From: Bacillota bacterium
Lineage (GTDB): Bacteria; Bacillota_I; Bacilli_A; Acholeplasmatales; Acholeplasmataceae
Length of the DNA: 45,744 nt
Assembly (NCBI GenBank): GCA_023431045.1
Contig: JAEYXZ010000094.1
Span: forward strand, 1-45,744
Direction: 5' to 3'
Shown: positions 20,701 to 29,700 of the stretch, piece after piece
Position numbering within the stretch: position 1 is the stretch's first letter
Layout: every line of letters begins with the position of its first letter
Translations under genes and position numbers: made by a program
The notes under the pieces: model-generated
Told to the model about the DNA's origin: nothing
The model's database searches: none
What the model saw: only the letters and a program-made list of their open reading frames with translations

Positions 20701-21158
20701 TCTGTGCCGTCTTCACCAGGTAGACCTTGCTCTCCTCTGATTGTTTCCAACCATTCATCGTAGGTCATATCGATAATCGTACCTTCTGATACACCAGTTG
20801 TATAAATGCTCATTAATAAAATAGATAATTCATCTGCTGTATCAGATAAACTTATCGTAATAGATACTTTATACCCTTCATATAATACTTCTATGGTTTG
20901 GTCTCCTGATACACTTAATTTTGCTAAATCAGAAGAACTAATCATAGATTCAGTAATGGTTACTTGTTGAGTTGCTCCATCACTGAAGGTTACCGTTAAA
21001 AAATAATCTTCAATATTGAAATCTATAATCTCATAAGAAGACTCCAACTGAGTGGTATCAAAACTCACATTGTCTATGGTTGGTACATCTTGATTATTAC
21101 ACCCCGAAATAAACAATAACATTAAAACACTAAATAGTACGATGGTTATTCTTTTCAT
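17721..21158 (-). CDS. Lipoprotein: Ig-like domain, collagen-like repeats, trypsin-like (S1C) serine protease, BspA-type leucine-rich repeats
   Basis: Lipobox ISGC; G-X-Y triplets; catalytic triad ITNKHVI / DLAIL / GNSGGPL; IPNTIESIGNEAF-type LRRs. Confidence 0.85.
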   Translation of the reverse strand: MKRITIVLFSVLMLLFISGCNNQDVPTIDNVSFDTTQLESSYEIIDFNIEDYFLTVTFSDGATQQVTITESMISSSDLAKLSVSGDQTIEVLYEGYKVSITISLSDTADELSILLMSIYTTGVSEGTIIDMTYDEWLETIRGEQGLPGEDGTDGKEVLFQVSDGYIQWQYTGDTIWTNLVSLSTLTGADGSNGTNGVDGKEVLFQVSDGYIQWQYTGDTTWTNLVSLSTLTGADGSNGTDGVDGKEVLFQVADGYIQWQYVGGETWTNLIELTTLTGPAGQNGLTPYIGQNGNWWVGESDTGVPVQDDYTLDEYNSDIQSVVNEVIESVVTILVYDELDNIISLGSGVIYEFDNMGYYRVITNKHVINDASSVQILTHNNTYYDARIYIEHESKDLAILRFETTDIYRYQMPKPVEIEKYQTVIAIGTPLDVIFNNTVSTGLISKTKQTINEVDYIVHGAYLYHGNSGGPLFNTKGQLIGINTAVMTSGSNYISSLNLSIDINSILDWLEPFYLITLVNNHEVHHGPISTAQIAEYSVVWKSSIPFNRFVLTSNQLNDLAAVIFDYPIVEAELQASQIYLSIDGIQPNFDKSPYNYTLIDSDISFSIEWTYVSTFNYIFIFDQDNNQISTQGFGGKIYNPTSLTEAYYVGNLDNRRPQDLTSDGTTTGPDGSYYSWDIEGNDPVVFPLIMPNEHLTWYLIIPTENVTFIIDGFEYIIGNNFAIINKYYGQDSILTIPNEVLINGVLYPVERIEERAFKDNVYIEKLVIPNTIESIGNEAFINLVNLLSVSFDENSKLTSIGSLAFSNTDKVKKYFVPESVSTMGYDIFGSTHENGKKVIYTRLSNRQTGWDENWNSNTSVVWDFNQTIEIDGVEYALTNNGKAYVVNGENLTVENLILSIPGYEIIEILSNAFYGNQTIKSIFIPNTVIKIMEHAFMFSVIENITFEANSQLTLIETKAFLGTSQLKSIHIPNSVLYIGISAFTGNYNMESFIIEPESQLLVLSLPSTGPDDIFIPKTVTLIHETFSGKHYTVDEQNMFYSSSNGILFNKQKTVIYSFPHLAGTSQYTVSQSVQTILYRAFAFNVDLISVVLHKGIKRIENGAFEYSQVQTIYVEVSSKPDEWEERWNERYFDADIDVIWGYKIN
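20330..20703. repeat. Three tandem ~135-bp (45-aa) repeats inside the lipoprotein gene
   Basis: TTCTTTACC recurs at 20421, 20556 and 20691; unit DGKEVLFQVSDGYIQWQYTGDT.WTNLVSLSTLTG. Confidence 0.9.
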
Positions 21159-21174
21159 CTTTTCCTCCCATTAA

Positions 21175-21735
21175 TTATAAAATAACATCTCCTGTGATTA
21201 AAAAATCATTAGATACATTTACATCAACTTGAAAGCCTCTTTTTACATTGAACCAATCCATAGCATTGATATATCTGTTACTGACATGGTTAAATGTCTG
21301 ATTGGTAGACCCAACCAAGTTTCTTTCCTTATCTATCTTACTCTCAACAAATTGCCCATCAATTATTAAGTCTACTGACATGATTAATGGCAGTTTTAAA
21401 CTTTTAAATTTGTAACCTGTAAACAGAATCACTCCAAGTCCTAATTTTCTAAACTCATTTGATAGTTCTGATAAATGTTTTTGAAGTGTTGGTTCCCCGC
21501 CTAAAAATGTAATACCTTCAATAGCATTCTCTTCTTTTGATTTACTCGCAATTTCTACAAGTTCATTCAAAGTCATAATATGAGCTTGCTTCATCACTTG
21601 CAGTTCAGGATTACAACATCCAGGACAACCTATCGTACACCCTTGAAACCAAATTGCCATTCTTTTATGCGGACCTTCTGCTTCTGTACATAAATTGATT
21701 CTTGCCACATTAAACAACATCTCATTCGACTTCAA
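21175..21735 (-). CDS. NrdG-like radical SAM (4Fe-4S) organic-radical activating protein
   Basis: GPHKRMAIWFQGCTIGCPGC (CxxxCxxC), FLGGEP, FTGY, IIDGQF, GSTNQ. Confidence 0.9.
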   Translation of the reverse strand: MKSNEMLFNVARINLCTEAEGPHKRMAIWFQGCTIGCPGCCNPELQVMKQAHIMTLNELVEIASKSKEENAIEGITFLGGEPTLQKHLSELSNEFRKLGLGVILFTGYKFKSLKLPLIMSVDLIIDGQFVESKIDKERNLVGSTNQTFNHVSNRYINAMDWFNVKRGFQVDVNVSNDFLITGDVIL

Positions 21736-23545
21736 AACTAAATTCCAATCCTTTTTGATTTGTCTTAACTAATATTGATTGACCTTTAAGTGCGGCAAGT
21801 TCTTGTTTATTTTTAAATAAATACATAGCAAGTTCATCTAGCAATTTATCATTAATAGCATTTAGAATATCACGACCACCTTTGGTTATGTCTGCATCGC
21901 TTAGAATATAGTTTACAAACTTCAATTCATCTTCAAATACAAGATCAATGCGATATTTTTCCAATATACCCATTTGAATCGGTCTAAGTTTTGAGCGTGC
22001 AATCTTCACCATGAATTCTTTGTCTTGAATGAAGTTAAATGGCACGATATTGTTATATCCTATACGACCAAGAAGTTCTGGTCTTTTTATTTCATTGTCA
22101 AAATAGTTTTTAACAATTGTGATAAATTCTTTAGCAACTTCTTCATGATTAGATGAAGGTTTAACTTCACTTGCACCTAGGTTAGATGTGAATATAATAA
22201 TGCTCTCACTGAAATAGACCGTTTCACCTTTACTGTCAGTTAAACGTCCATCTTCTAGGATTTGTAAAAATATATCTAGGATTCTTGGATTAGGCTTGGC
22301 TGCTTTTTCAATTTCATCAAAAAGTATGACACTAAAAGGTTTTTCCTTAATGGCATTTGTCAATCTGCCACCTTCCTCATATCCTACATATCCTGGAGGT
22401 GCTCCAATTAATTTTTGATCGGAGTTGTCAGTCCCATATTCGCTCATATCAAAACGAATACATGCTTGATCGTCACCGAATAAGAATTGTGCTAAAGTTT
22501 TAGATAACTCTGTTTTACCTACCCCAGTAGGTCCAACGAAGAATAAGATTCCTTTAGGCATCGAACGACTTGATGATTTATGAAGACCAGTTAAACCCAT
22601 ATATGCTTTAACGATGATCTTTTCAATCTTTTCGATGGCTTCATCTTGACCAACTACGCGTTCTGATAGCTTTTTCTTGATGTTTTTAACATCGTTATAA
22701 TCCAGTTTTTCCCAGGGATTATCTTTTTCACCATATTTAAAGAGGTAAAAAAGCTTATTGAAGGTCATTTTACCTTCTTTTCTTGACAGTTTTGAAAGTT
22801 GAATTATCTCACGATTTGTGAAATCATCGAGCATATCAATATACTCGCTTTTCTTCTCACTCGTAAGCAGTGTCTCACCAGGTTTTAATTTGATGTCAAA
22901 AGCTGTTTCAATCTTAGAAAGCATATCTTCTCTCTCTAAACGATCAGGCTTTTGTAGGGTAATCGTTGTCACTTCTGGATTAGATTGGTAGAAAGAGATT
23001 GGAAACATCGATAATTTATTTGCAATTAGAATAACTACACTTCCGTTAGTATCTTCTGAAAGATAGTCAACTTTACGATCTTTGATAGCTTTTCCTAATA
23101 ATGTTAAATACTCTCTTTCATCATCCATCAATTGGTTATTATTACCAAATAGGTAATCTGCCCAATTTAACACAAAAGCTACTTTTCTTTTTGGATTAAT
23201 CATATTCTTGAAGACTAGATTAAAGATTTCTGCAGGTTTCTTAAATAGACCAGAACCTGTTTTTTTATCGTCTTCTTCATCTTCAAATTCATAAGTATCG
23301 CCTTTAACTTCAACATCATCAACGAGATCAAGTTTTGTCAAGTCGCCATCAACACCATCGACTCTATCCCAATAGATTACATCTTCATATGCCATATCTT
23401 TAAGCATATCCATTAAATACTCTTTTAGAGTGACAATGCGTTTTTTGTCATTTAAAAATACGTCTCCAACATTGCCTTCAATTACAACAGCTCTCTTAAT
23501 CCCAGTTTCTCGTTTGATTCGATTAAAACTCGTTTGAATTGACAT
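21722..23545 (-). CDS. ClpB-like AAA+ ATPase (intact NBD2; degenerate N-terminal AAA-like domain)
   Basis: GPTGVGKT, RFDMSEY, GAPPGYVGYEEGG, DEIEKA, TSNLG; N-terminal IEGNVGD where a Walker A would be expected. Confidence 0.9.
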   Translation of the reverse strand: MSIQTSFNRIKRETGIKRAVVIEGNVGDVFLNDKKRIVTLKEYLMDMLKDMAYEDVIYWDRVDGVDGDLTKLDLVDDVEVKGDTYEFEDEEDDKKTGSGLFKKPAEIFNLVFKNMINPKRKVAFVLNWADYLFGNNNQLMDDEREYLTLLGKAIKDRKVDYLSEDTNGSVVILIANKLSMFPISFYQSNPEVTTITLQKPDRLEREDMLSKIETAFDIKLKPGETLLTSEKKSEYIDMLDDFTNREIIQLSKLSRKEGKMTFNKLFYLFKYGEKDNPWEKLDYNDVKNIKKKLSERVVGQDEAIEKIEKIIVKAYMGLTGLHKSSSRSMPKGILFFVGPTGVGKTELSKTLAQFLFGDDQACIRFDMSEYGTDNSDQKLIGAPPGYVGYEEGGRLTNAIKEKPFSVILFDEIEKAAKPNPRILDIFLQILEDGRLTDSKGETVYFSESIIIFTSNLGASEVKPSSNHEEVAKEFITIVKNYFDNEIKRPELLGRIGYNNIVPFNFIQDKEFMVKIARSKLRPIQMGILEKYRIDLVFEDELKFVNYILSDADITKGGRDILNAINDKLLDELAMYLFKNKQELAALKGQSILVKTNQKGLEFSFEVE

Positions 23546-23556
23546 AAATACCCCTC

Positions 23557-24627
23557 CTAATTCGTTCCCTTATTTTTATTAACTGTTTGATACTTCATCG
23601 ATTGATTTTTATCTGGATTACTCCAATTATCGACTTGTTTAACAACTTTAATATCATATATATCGGCCAAATCCTTCATGAAAGGCTCAATGTCTTTTTG
23701 ACACGCTTGACCTTCGTAGCCATCAAACTTATAGATAAATTTGCCGTCCAAATATATACGAAATTCCGCTCTTTCTCCACTAACCTTTTGAGCAATAAAT
23801 CTAACTTCGTTCTTCTCGCGGTCAATTTTAATATTCTTCTTGTCAACAATAAACCCTCGTGTTTCAACTGTCTTCATAATTACTTTCAAGGTTTCTTTGC
23901 GGACAGTCTCACCAATGATTTCTGACGTGGCCTTATTACGAATCGTTTCTACATCTGATATATTGTTAATTTTTGAAGAAGTGATGTCTTTAATAACTTG
24001 ATCATCGACTTTGGCATCTTTCAGCTCTTGTGTGATTTCCATCATGATATTGTCTTTATGTTTTTCAAGTGATGTTTCTAACTTTGCATCCAAACGTTTT
24101 TTTCCAAGTAATTGGAGTTCACTCCATGACTTGTTTGAGTTTTCTTTTTGCAATGCAACTTGATAGATACTTTCTCTTAACATGAAATCATCAATAGTCT
24201 CAAGTTTTTTTAAAATATCTTGACTAATACTGATAATACCTTGTGCTTGATTATTTAGCGTTTGTTGATGTCTATTTGTAGCATTGATAAGTTCATCATC
24301 GATTAAATCTTCCATCGCATTTAAGCGATATGAGGTTAAATTATCTACTATCTTTGATAAGTTATTCGCGTTATTTGCTATACTGGCATCTCTAGTTTTA
24401 GCATTTGCTTTGGAAATAATTTGATTGAGCTCAGCTGTAATATTTGCTTGTTCTTTTTTTAAAAACGATTCATAAGAACGAACTCTATCCGTGATAAGCA
24501 TACTAGCTTTATCTTTAATTCTTGCAAGTAGTTCATCAATTTTGCATAATTGTTTAAGCGCCTGTTCACATGTTGCTCTTGCTGCAATTGAAAGTGCTTC
24601 ATAATTTATTGTTGCTGCATGACTCAT
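23557..24627 (-). CDS. Coiled-coil protein with C-terminal DUF2997-like alpha/beta domain
   Basis: Long helical N-terminus; C-terminal FRIYLDG..KFDGYEGQAC..IEPFMKDL. Confidence 0.65.
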   Translation of the reverse strand: MSHAATINYEALSIAARATCEQALKQLCKIDELLARIKDKASMLITDRVRSYESFLKKEQANITAELNQIISKANAKTRDASIANNANNLSKIVDNLTSYRLNAMEDLIDDELINATNRHQQTLNNQAQGIISISQDILKKLETIDDFMLRESIYQVALQKENSNKSWSELQLLGKKRLDAKLETSLEKHKDNIMMEITQELKDAKVDDQVIKDITSSKINNISDVETIRNKATSEIIGETVRKETLKVIMKTVETRGFIVDKKNIKIDREKNEVRFIAQKVSGERAEFRIYLDGKFIYKFDGYEGQACQKDIEPFMKDLADIYDIKVVKQVDNWSNPDKNQSMKYQTVNKNKGTN

Positions 24628-26780
24628 GCTTTCAACACCTCCTTAAATACAATATCTGACCATTTGATTATATTACCAGAATCGATAACTACCTCGGCAC
24701 TAGTTGGATGAATCAAACTATTTCTTGTTTTTCTTAATTGATGCAATTCTGGAACGAACACTTTCAATTCTTCCTCATCTTTGAGTTCATTAATCATAGA
24801 TTCAGTGTTACCACTTAACTTATACTGATTCTTAAGTATCCACTCGAGTTTTGCAAAAAGATATACAATGGCAGTGAAGTACTCTTTTTTGTTAATCTTC
24901 GATGTGATAAATGTTTTATCAATACCTTTGGGATTATTAGTTGCATTTTTCTCTTCTGTAAACAAGCGACTTAAATACTTGAAATGCTTATCAAATTCTT
25001 TAAGTTCTGTAAATGCACTGACATCAAATTTCTCATACTTGAGCAATTCTTCAAGTTTAGTAGAAAATCCGCTGTAAACCTCTTGAAACTTCGTTCGGTC
25101 GATATCTTCCTTAATGACGAACTCGTTAGGTTTTCTAATATCTGTTAATCCCCTCAGTTGATTCAAACTGAACTGGATTGTCTTTATCAAATTTGAAAAG
25201 TTACCTATTGTATTAATTTTTTCATTATTGATGATTTTTTGGATGAACTCTTTCAAAGTATTGATTTGAGAAAAAATATCATTGAGTGAATAATTGAGAG
25301 ATTCTAATAATTGAAACAGTTTCTCATTCTCTACATTGGGATTGCTTTCGATTATTTTATGTATCATCAAAATATTTTGTATGTTTAGATATTTAATCAA
25401 CCAACCACCTATGGCAATCTGATGCTCAATCGTCTTTATCGGTACGGTGTTGAAGTATTCATCAAATAGATTCTGTGCTTTTCGATTAAACCAATCCTTA
25501 ATAAAAATAATGTCCGTTGTATCTTTAATCTCTTTTAATGTATTAATACTTCCCTCGATATCATTGTGTAAGTATTTATCCAACATCCATTCTAGAGTTT
25601 GTCTATCGTTTAGAGTTCTAAATATATTTAGACATTCTTTTACATTCTCAATGGAATAAGTCTTAAAAAACTCAATAAGACCATTGGTCATCACTTTTCT
25701 TTCAAAATTCTTAAATGTCGTTTCAACTAATAAATTAATGTTTATTGTTCCTTTTGTAGACTTGTTGAATAGAGGAATTTGTACAGGCATATATGCGTTT
25801 ATTTTTTCTTGACTGTTGATGTGAATTGTCTCAATGTTCGAGTTAATCCTTGATATCAACGAACTGGCTTGGATGACATGTGTTGTTTGTTTAGGTATGT
25901 AATTTGATTTAGTAATTATTACTGGTGCTGTTTTATTTAAGATTTCTTCATAATCTTCAGGAAGCATAAGAACACCATCGCTAATGGATGTAGCATCAGA
26001 TAGTAAAGGTTGATTACTTTTAAATTTGAATTTTCTCTTAATACCTAAGCCCTCTGAAATTAATTGATTATCATAATACTTATCAAAAAACGATTGTAAT
26101 CTATCATTACCGAGCTCAAAGTCAATCGTATGCTTCTCGTTATCGATAGATAATGTAATTGGAAATGTAGTGTAAAAGTATTCGTTGTTCATAATTGAAA
26201 CATCGGTAATGATTTCATCTTTTTTGACGATAATTCCCTTGCCCTTAACGCTATTAAGATAATCTTCTAGTTCATTTACGTTCCTATATTCAAATTGCTC
26301 TGCCAATTTATTGGGTAATATGGAACTGTCGATTTTGCCTACTTTCCAATCAGAAGGAATTTTATCCATAAATTGATTATTTGCTGGATCATAAAATAAC
26401 TCTTGTTTAGACTCTGTAGTTTTACTTGCTGGGATAAGTTCATCCCTAAACACTTTTTTGCCTTTTTCAGTGAATACAAAATTACCAACTAAATATTCAG
26501 CAAAGTAAGCTCTATTGTAATCGTAAGGTGTGCACTTAATAATTTCCAACTCATTGATTAAATTATAAATTTCATCAGCGAAAATACCATGTAAATCACT
26601 AGGTACTCCAAATTGAATAAGCAGATTGCTCAATTTGGTTCTTTTGTTTGCTGACTCATTAATTAAAACTAAGATGATATAGCTTATTCCGGTAGGCTTC
26701 GATACTTCTGTATGTTGGATGAGTGTTGTCAATTTCACAATCGGAAATGGGAAAGAAGTTTCAAACTTGTAAATACTCAT
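24624..26780 (-). CDS. Uncharacterised 718-aa protein: N-terminal winged-helix-like region, C-terminal HEPN-like domain
   Basis: AIVYLFAKLEWILK...LHQLRKTRNSLIHP (E...RxxxxH); 4-nt overlaps with both neighbours. Confidence 0.7.
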   Translation of the reverse strand: MSIYKFETSFPFPIVKLTTLIQHTEVSKPTGISYIILVLINESANKRTKLSNLLIQFGVPSDLHGIFADEIYNLINELEIIKCTPYDYNRAYFAEYLVGNFVFTEKGKKVFRDELIPASKTTESKQELFYDPANNQFMDKIPSDWKVGKIDSSILPNKLAEQFEYRNVNELEDYLNSVKGKGIIVKKDEIITDVSIMNNEYFYTTFPITLSIDNEKHTIDFELGNDRLQSFFDKYYDNQLISEGLGIKRKFKFKSNQPLLSDATSISDGVLMLPEDYEEILNKTAPVIITKSNYIPKQTTHVIQASSLISRINSNIETIHINSQEKINAYMPVQIPLFNKSTKGTININLLVETTFKNFERKVMTNGLIEFFKTYSIENVKECLNIFRTLNDRQTLEWMLDKYLHNDIEGSINTLKEIKDTTDIIFIKDWFNRKAQNLFDEYFNTVPIKTIEHQIAIGGWLIKYLNIQNILMIHKIIESNPNVENEKLFQLLESLNYSLNDIFSQINTLKEFIQKIINNEKINTIGNFSNLIKTIQFSLNQLRGLTDIRKPNEFVIKEDIDRTKFQEVYSGFSTKLEELLKYEKFDVSAFTELKEFDKHFKYLSRLFTEEKNATNNPKGIDKTFITSKINKKEYFTAIVYLFAKLEWILKNQYKLSGNTESMINELKDEEELKVFVPELHQLRKTRNSLIHPTSAEVVIDSGNIIKWSDIVFKEVLKA

Positions 26781-29700
26781 TTGCCAGTCCCCCTTTCTTT
26801 GATGATATCAACATCATCTAATACTTTTCCGTATGTTTTAATCGTATCTATAACTTTCTCATAGACTCTGAAATTCTTTTGATCATTACGAGCATCCCCC
26901 ATCACATCGGGTAAATCAATGACACCTTTTTTCATCAAGTAATCTTTGTTACCAACAATAATCAGTAATCTACGCGCTCTAGAAAACGCAACGTTTATTC
27001 TTTGGTATGCTGTAATAAATCCAGGGTTACTCTTGCCCGGTTCCCTTGGATTTCTAACCATAGAGACGATGATAATATCCCTTTCATCCCCTTGAAAATC
27101 ATCCACTGTACTCACAATTAACCTTGAATCACTGTTCTCATTGAATGATTTAAAATTGGTTAAGTTGCTTGATTTACGCTTCTGCTTGATAAGTTGTGCT
27201 TGATCACCATATGTACATATAACACCAATGCTCATGCGTTCATCAATACGCAAGTTTTTATTCACTCTTGGACTAAAATCTTTGTTTTTTTGATAAGCTT
27301 CATCTATTTTCTTGAGCAGTTCAATTACAATATCCGCTTCACCTTTGTTTTGAATCGATGTGGAATCTTCAGAGCGACTTTCATAATCTTTGCTATCAAT
27401 AAAATAGATATGTTTATCTTGTTCAATGATTAATCTTTGATTGCCTTCAACATTTAAGTAGTGTTTCTTATGACTGTTTTGGGCAACATCACCTAATTCA
27501 AGATTTTTATTATAGAAATGATTAAACACATTCATAATATGTTCATGACTTCTATATTGTTTTGTCAGCATAATCTTATAATCATTAGGAGCCTTTTCAA
27601 ACAACATCTTGAAGTAGCTATTCTCATACATTTCGGTATAGCGCTTGTTGATTGTCGGATTGATTATGTCTGGGTCTAACCCTTCGTAATCCTCATCTCT
27701 AAAATTACGATACTCATACATTGGAGGTAACTGACGATGATCACCGACTAGTATGACTGTTTTCCCATACAAAATAGGAATCAATAATTCGATAAAGCTT
27801 GATTTACTAACTTCATCAATGATGACAACATCAATGCCTTGTTTTCTTAGGTCTAGTTCTCCTAAATTATACGCTTCAAGCTCAGACATTGATTTTTCAT
27901 CAAATCTATCACGACTGCTTGTGGTAGTTCCAAATAAATTGACTGTATCAAATAATGGTTTTGTATAATATTTTCTATCTTCAAGGATAATCTCTTCTCT
28001 TTGAATATATTCGCTTATCTTTTTATAGACAGGTATCTTAGTGCGGTTTTCCGTTTCTTTTTCATTAAAGTTCAATTCCAAATCTTCCCATTCACTCTGA
28101 ATGAGTTGAATTGCTTCATCTACTGTTTTGTAATTGGCAACGATATCAAATTGCTTTAAGAAACCTTCAATCTTTATTTCTAGTTTGTTTTTGCTTTCTT
28201 GATAATCATGGTAAGATTGATTCTCACGTAAATCTGCAATTGTATTCGAAATATCTTTTAATTTAGAATCAATTTCAGCTATTTGAATGTTAATTTGGGC
28301 TATTTTATCCTCTTGTTTTTGCGCTTGGCTGCTCAACTTGTTGGTATGCTCATTTTTAACTAATAACAGGTTTGTTTGGAGTTTATTAAAATATGAGATT
28401 GCATCCTGCTGATGAATACTTAACCAGTCACCATTATATATCTTGTCAATGGTCATACCAGATATGTCAAGATTATTATCCAATTTATCCAATTTATTCT
28501 TCACTTCTTTGAGTTGTTTTTGCTTATCTTTAATTGAATTGGTGATTTCTCCATCACTCATATCTATCATTTCTTGAATTTGTTTTATAAGTACTTGTTT
28601 TTGCTCCTGTAGTACATAGGAATCTTTATTGGATTGAATATCTCTTAACTCATCAATGATTTCTTGAGGTTTCGTTGTAAAGATAGAGCGAATAAATTCA
28701 TCAAGATTACTCACATCAAAAACCGAATCATCAATTTGACTTCTAATTGACTGTTTATATTCATTGATAGTCTGCATATCGAGATCTTCATCGTAGGCAA
28801 ATTGGTGGTTTTGAATTCTTTTATACGTATTTACATATTTGTCTTTGTCATAGACATATGATTCCTTCTTATCAACAAGTGAGCTTCTTGCTTCCTTAAG
28901 TTCATCAAAAGAACGTTCATAACTAACGATGTCTTTAGATATTTCATCACTTTTAGTTTTATTTTTAATAAGTAATTGATTGAGAAGTTTTAGTTCTTTA
29001 AATTCTTGATCAAACTTATCTTTAAAATCTGAAAAATTTTCATATGATTTAATTGTATTCTTCATTTGTTCAGCAATATTTAAATAGAGATTATCCACTA
29101 AATTTTCAGGACTAAAATCGCTGTCTTTGCCAGACTGTGAAGTCATTAATCGAATCGGTCTAATTTCAGCTATTTTTGGTAATCGCTCAAATACATTATC
29201 TATTGCCTTATGTGTTTCACTTGAAATCAAGACCTTTTTTCCATCCTTAATCAAATGGCCAACAATCTCTGAAATAACTTGTGTCTTACCTGTTCCAGGA
29301 GGACCTTGCAGCAAGAAAACACCGTTACTAGTAACAGCTCTTTTTACAGCTTCTTTTTGTTTGTCATTTGGTTTTTCTAGAAACCAGTTCCACTCACGAT
29401 TTTGATGTATGTTTGGATTTAGATCTTCTGGGGAAAAGAGGAAAGTTGACAAATAGGGATTTTTTACATTACCTTCAAAAAATGATTCAAGAGCATTTCT
29501 TTGTCGGTCAATTTTCGCTTGTTCAGCTCGATTATTATAAATTAGATAGCTATATTTCTTATTGTAAAGCGCACTAATCACCCCAGATTGATTTTCTGGA
29601 TCAGTTTTAAAATAGAGAGAAAACCGAACAATTGTATCATCATGAATACGTTTTTCTATCAATACTTTTAATTCGTCCTCAAGTTCTTGTTTCTTAGTAA

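Noticed and set aside
20330..20703. 135-bp periodic repeats as a CRISPR array or DGR template
   Set aside because: In-frame coding repeats differing mostly at synonymous sites; no spacers, cas genes or reverse transcriptase.
21175..21735. Calling the radical SAM nrdG or viperin
   Set aside because: No nrdD nearby; too short and lacking recognisable viperin features.
21722..23545. Calling it housekeeping clpB/clpC
   Set aside because: Lacks the N-domain, an active NBD1 and a recognisable middle domain.
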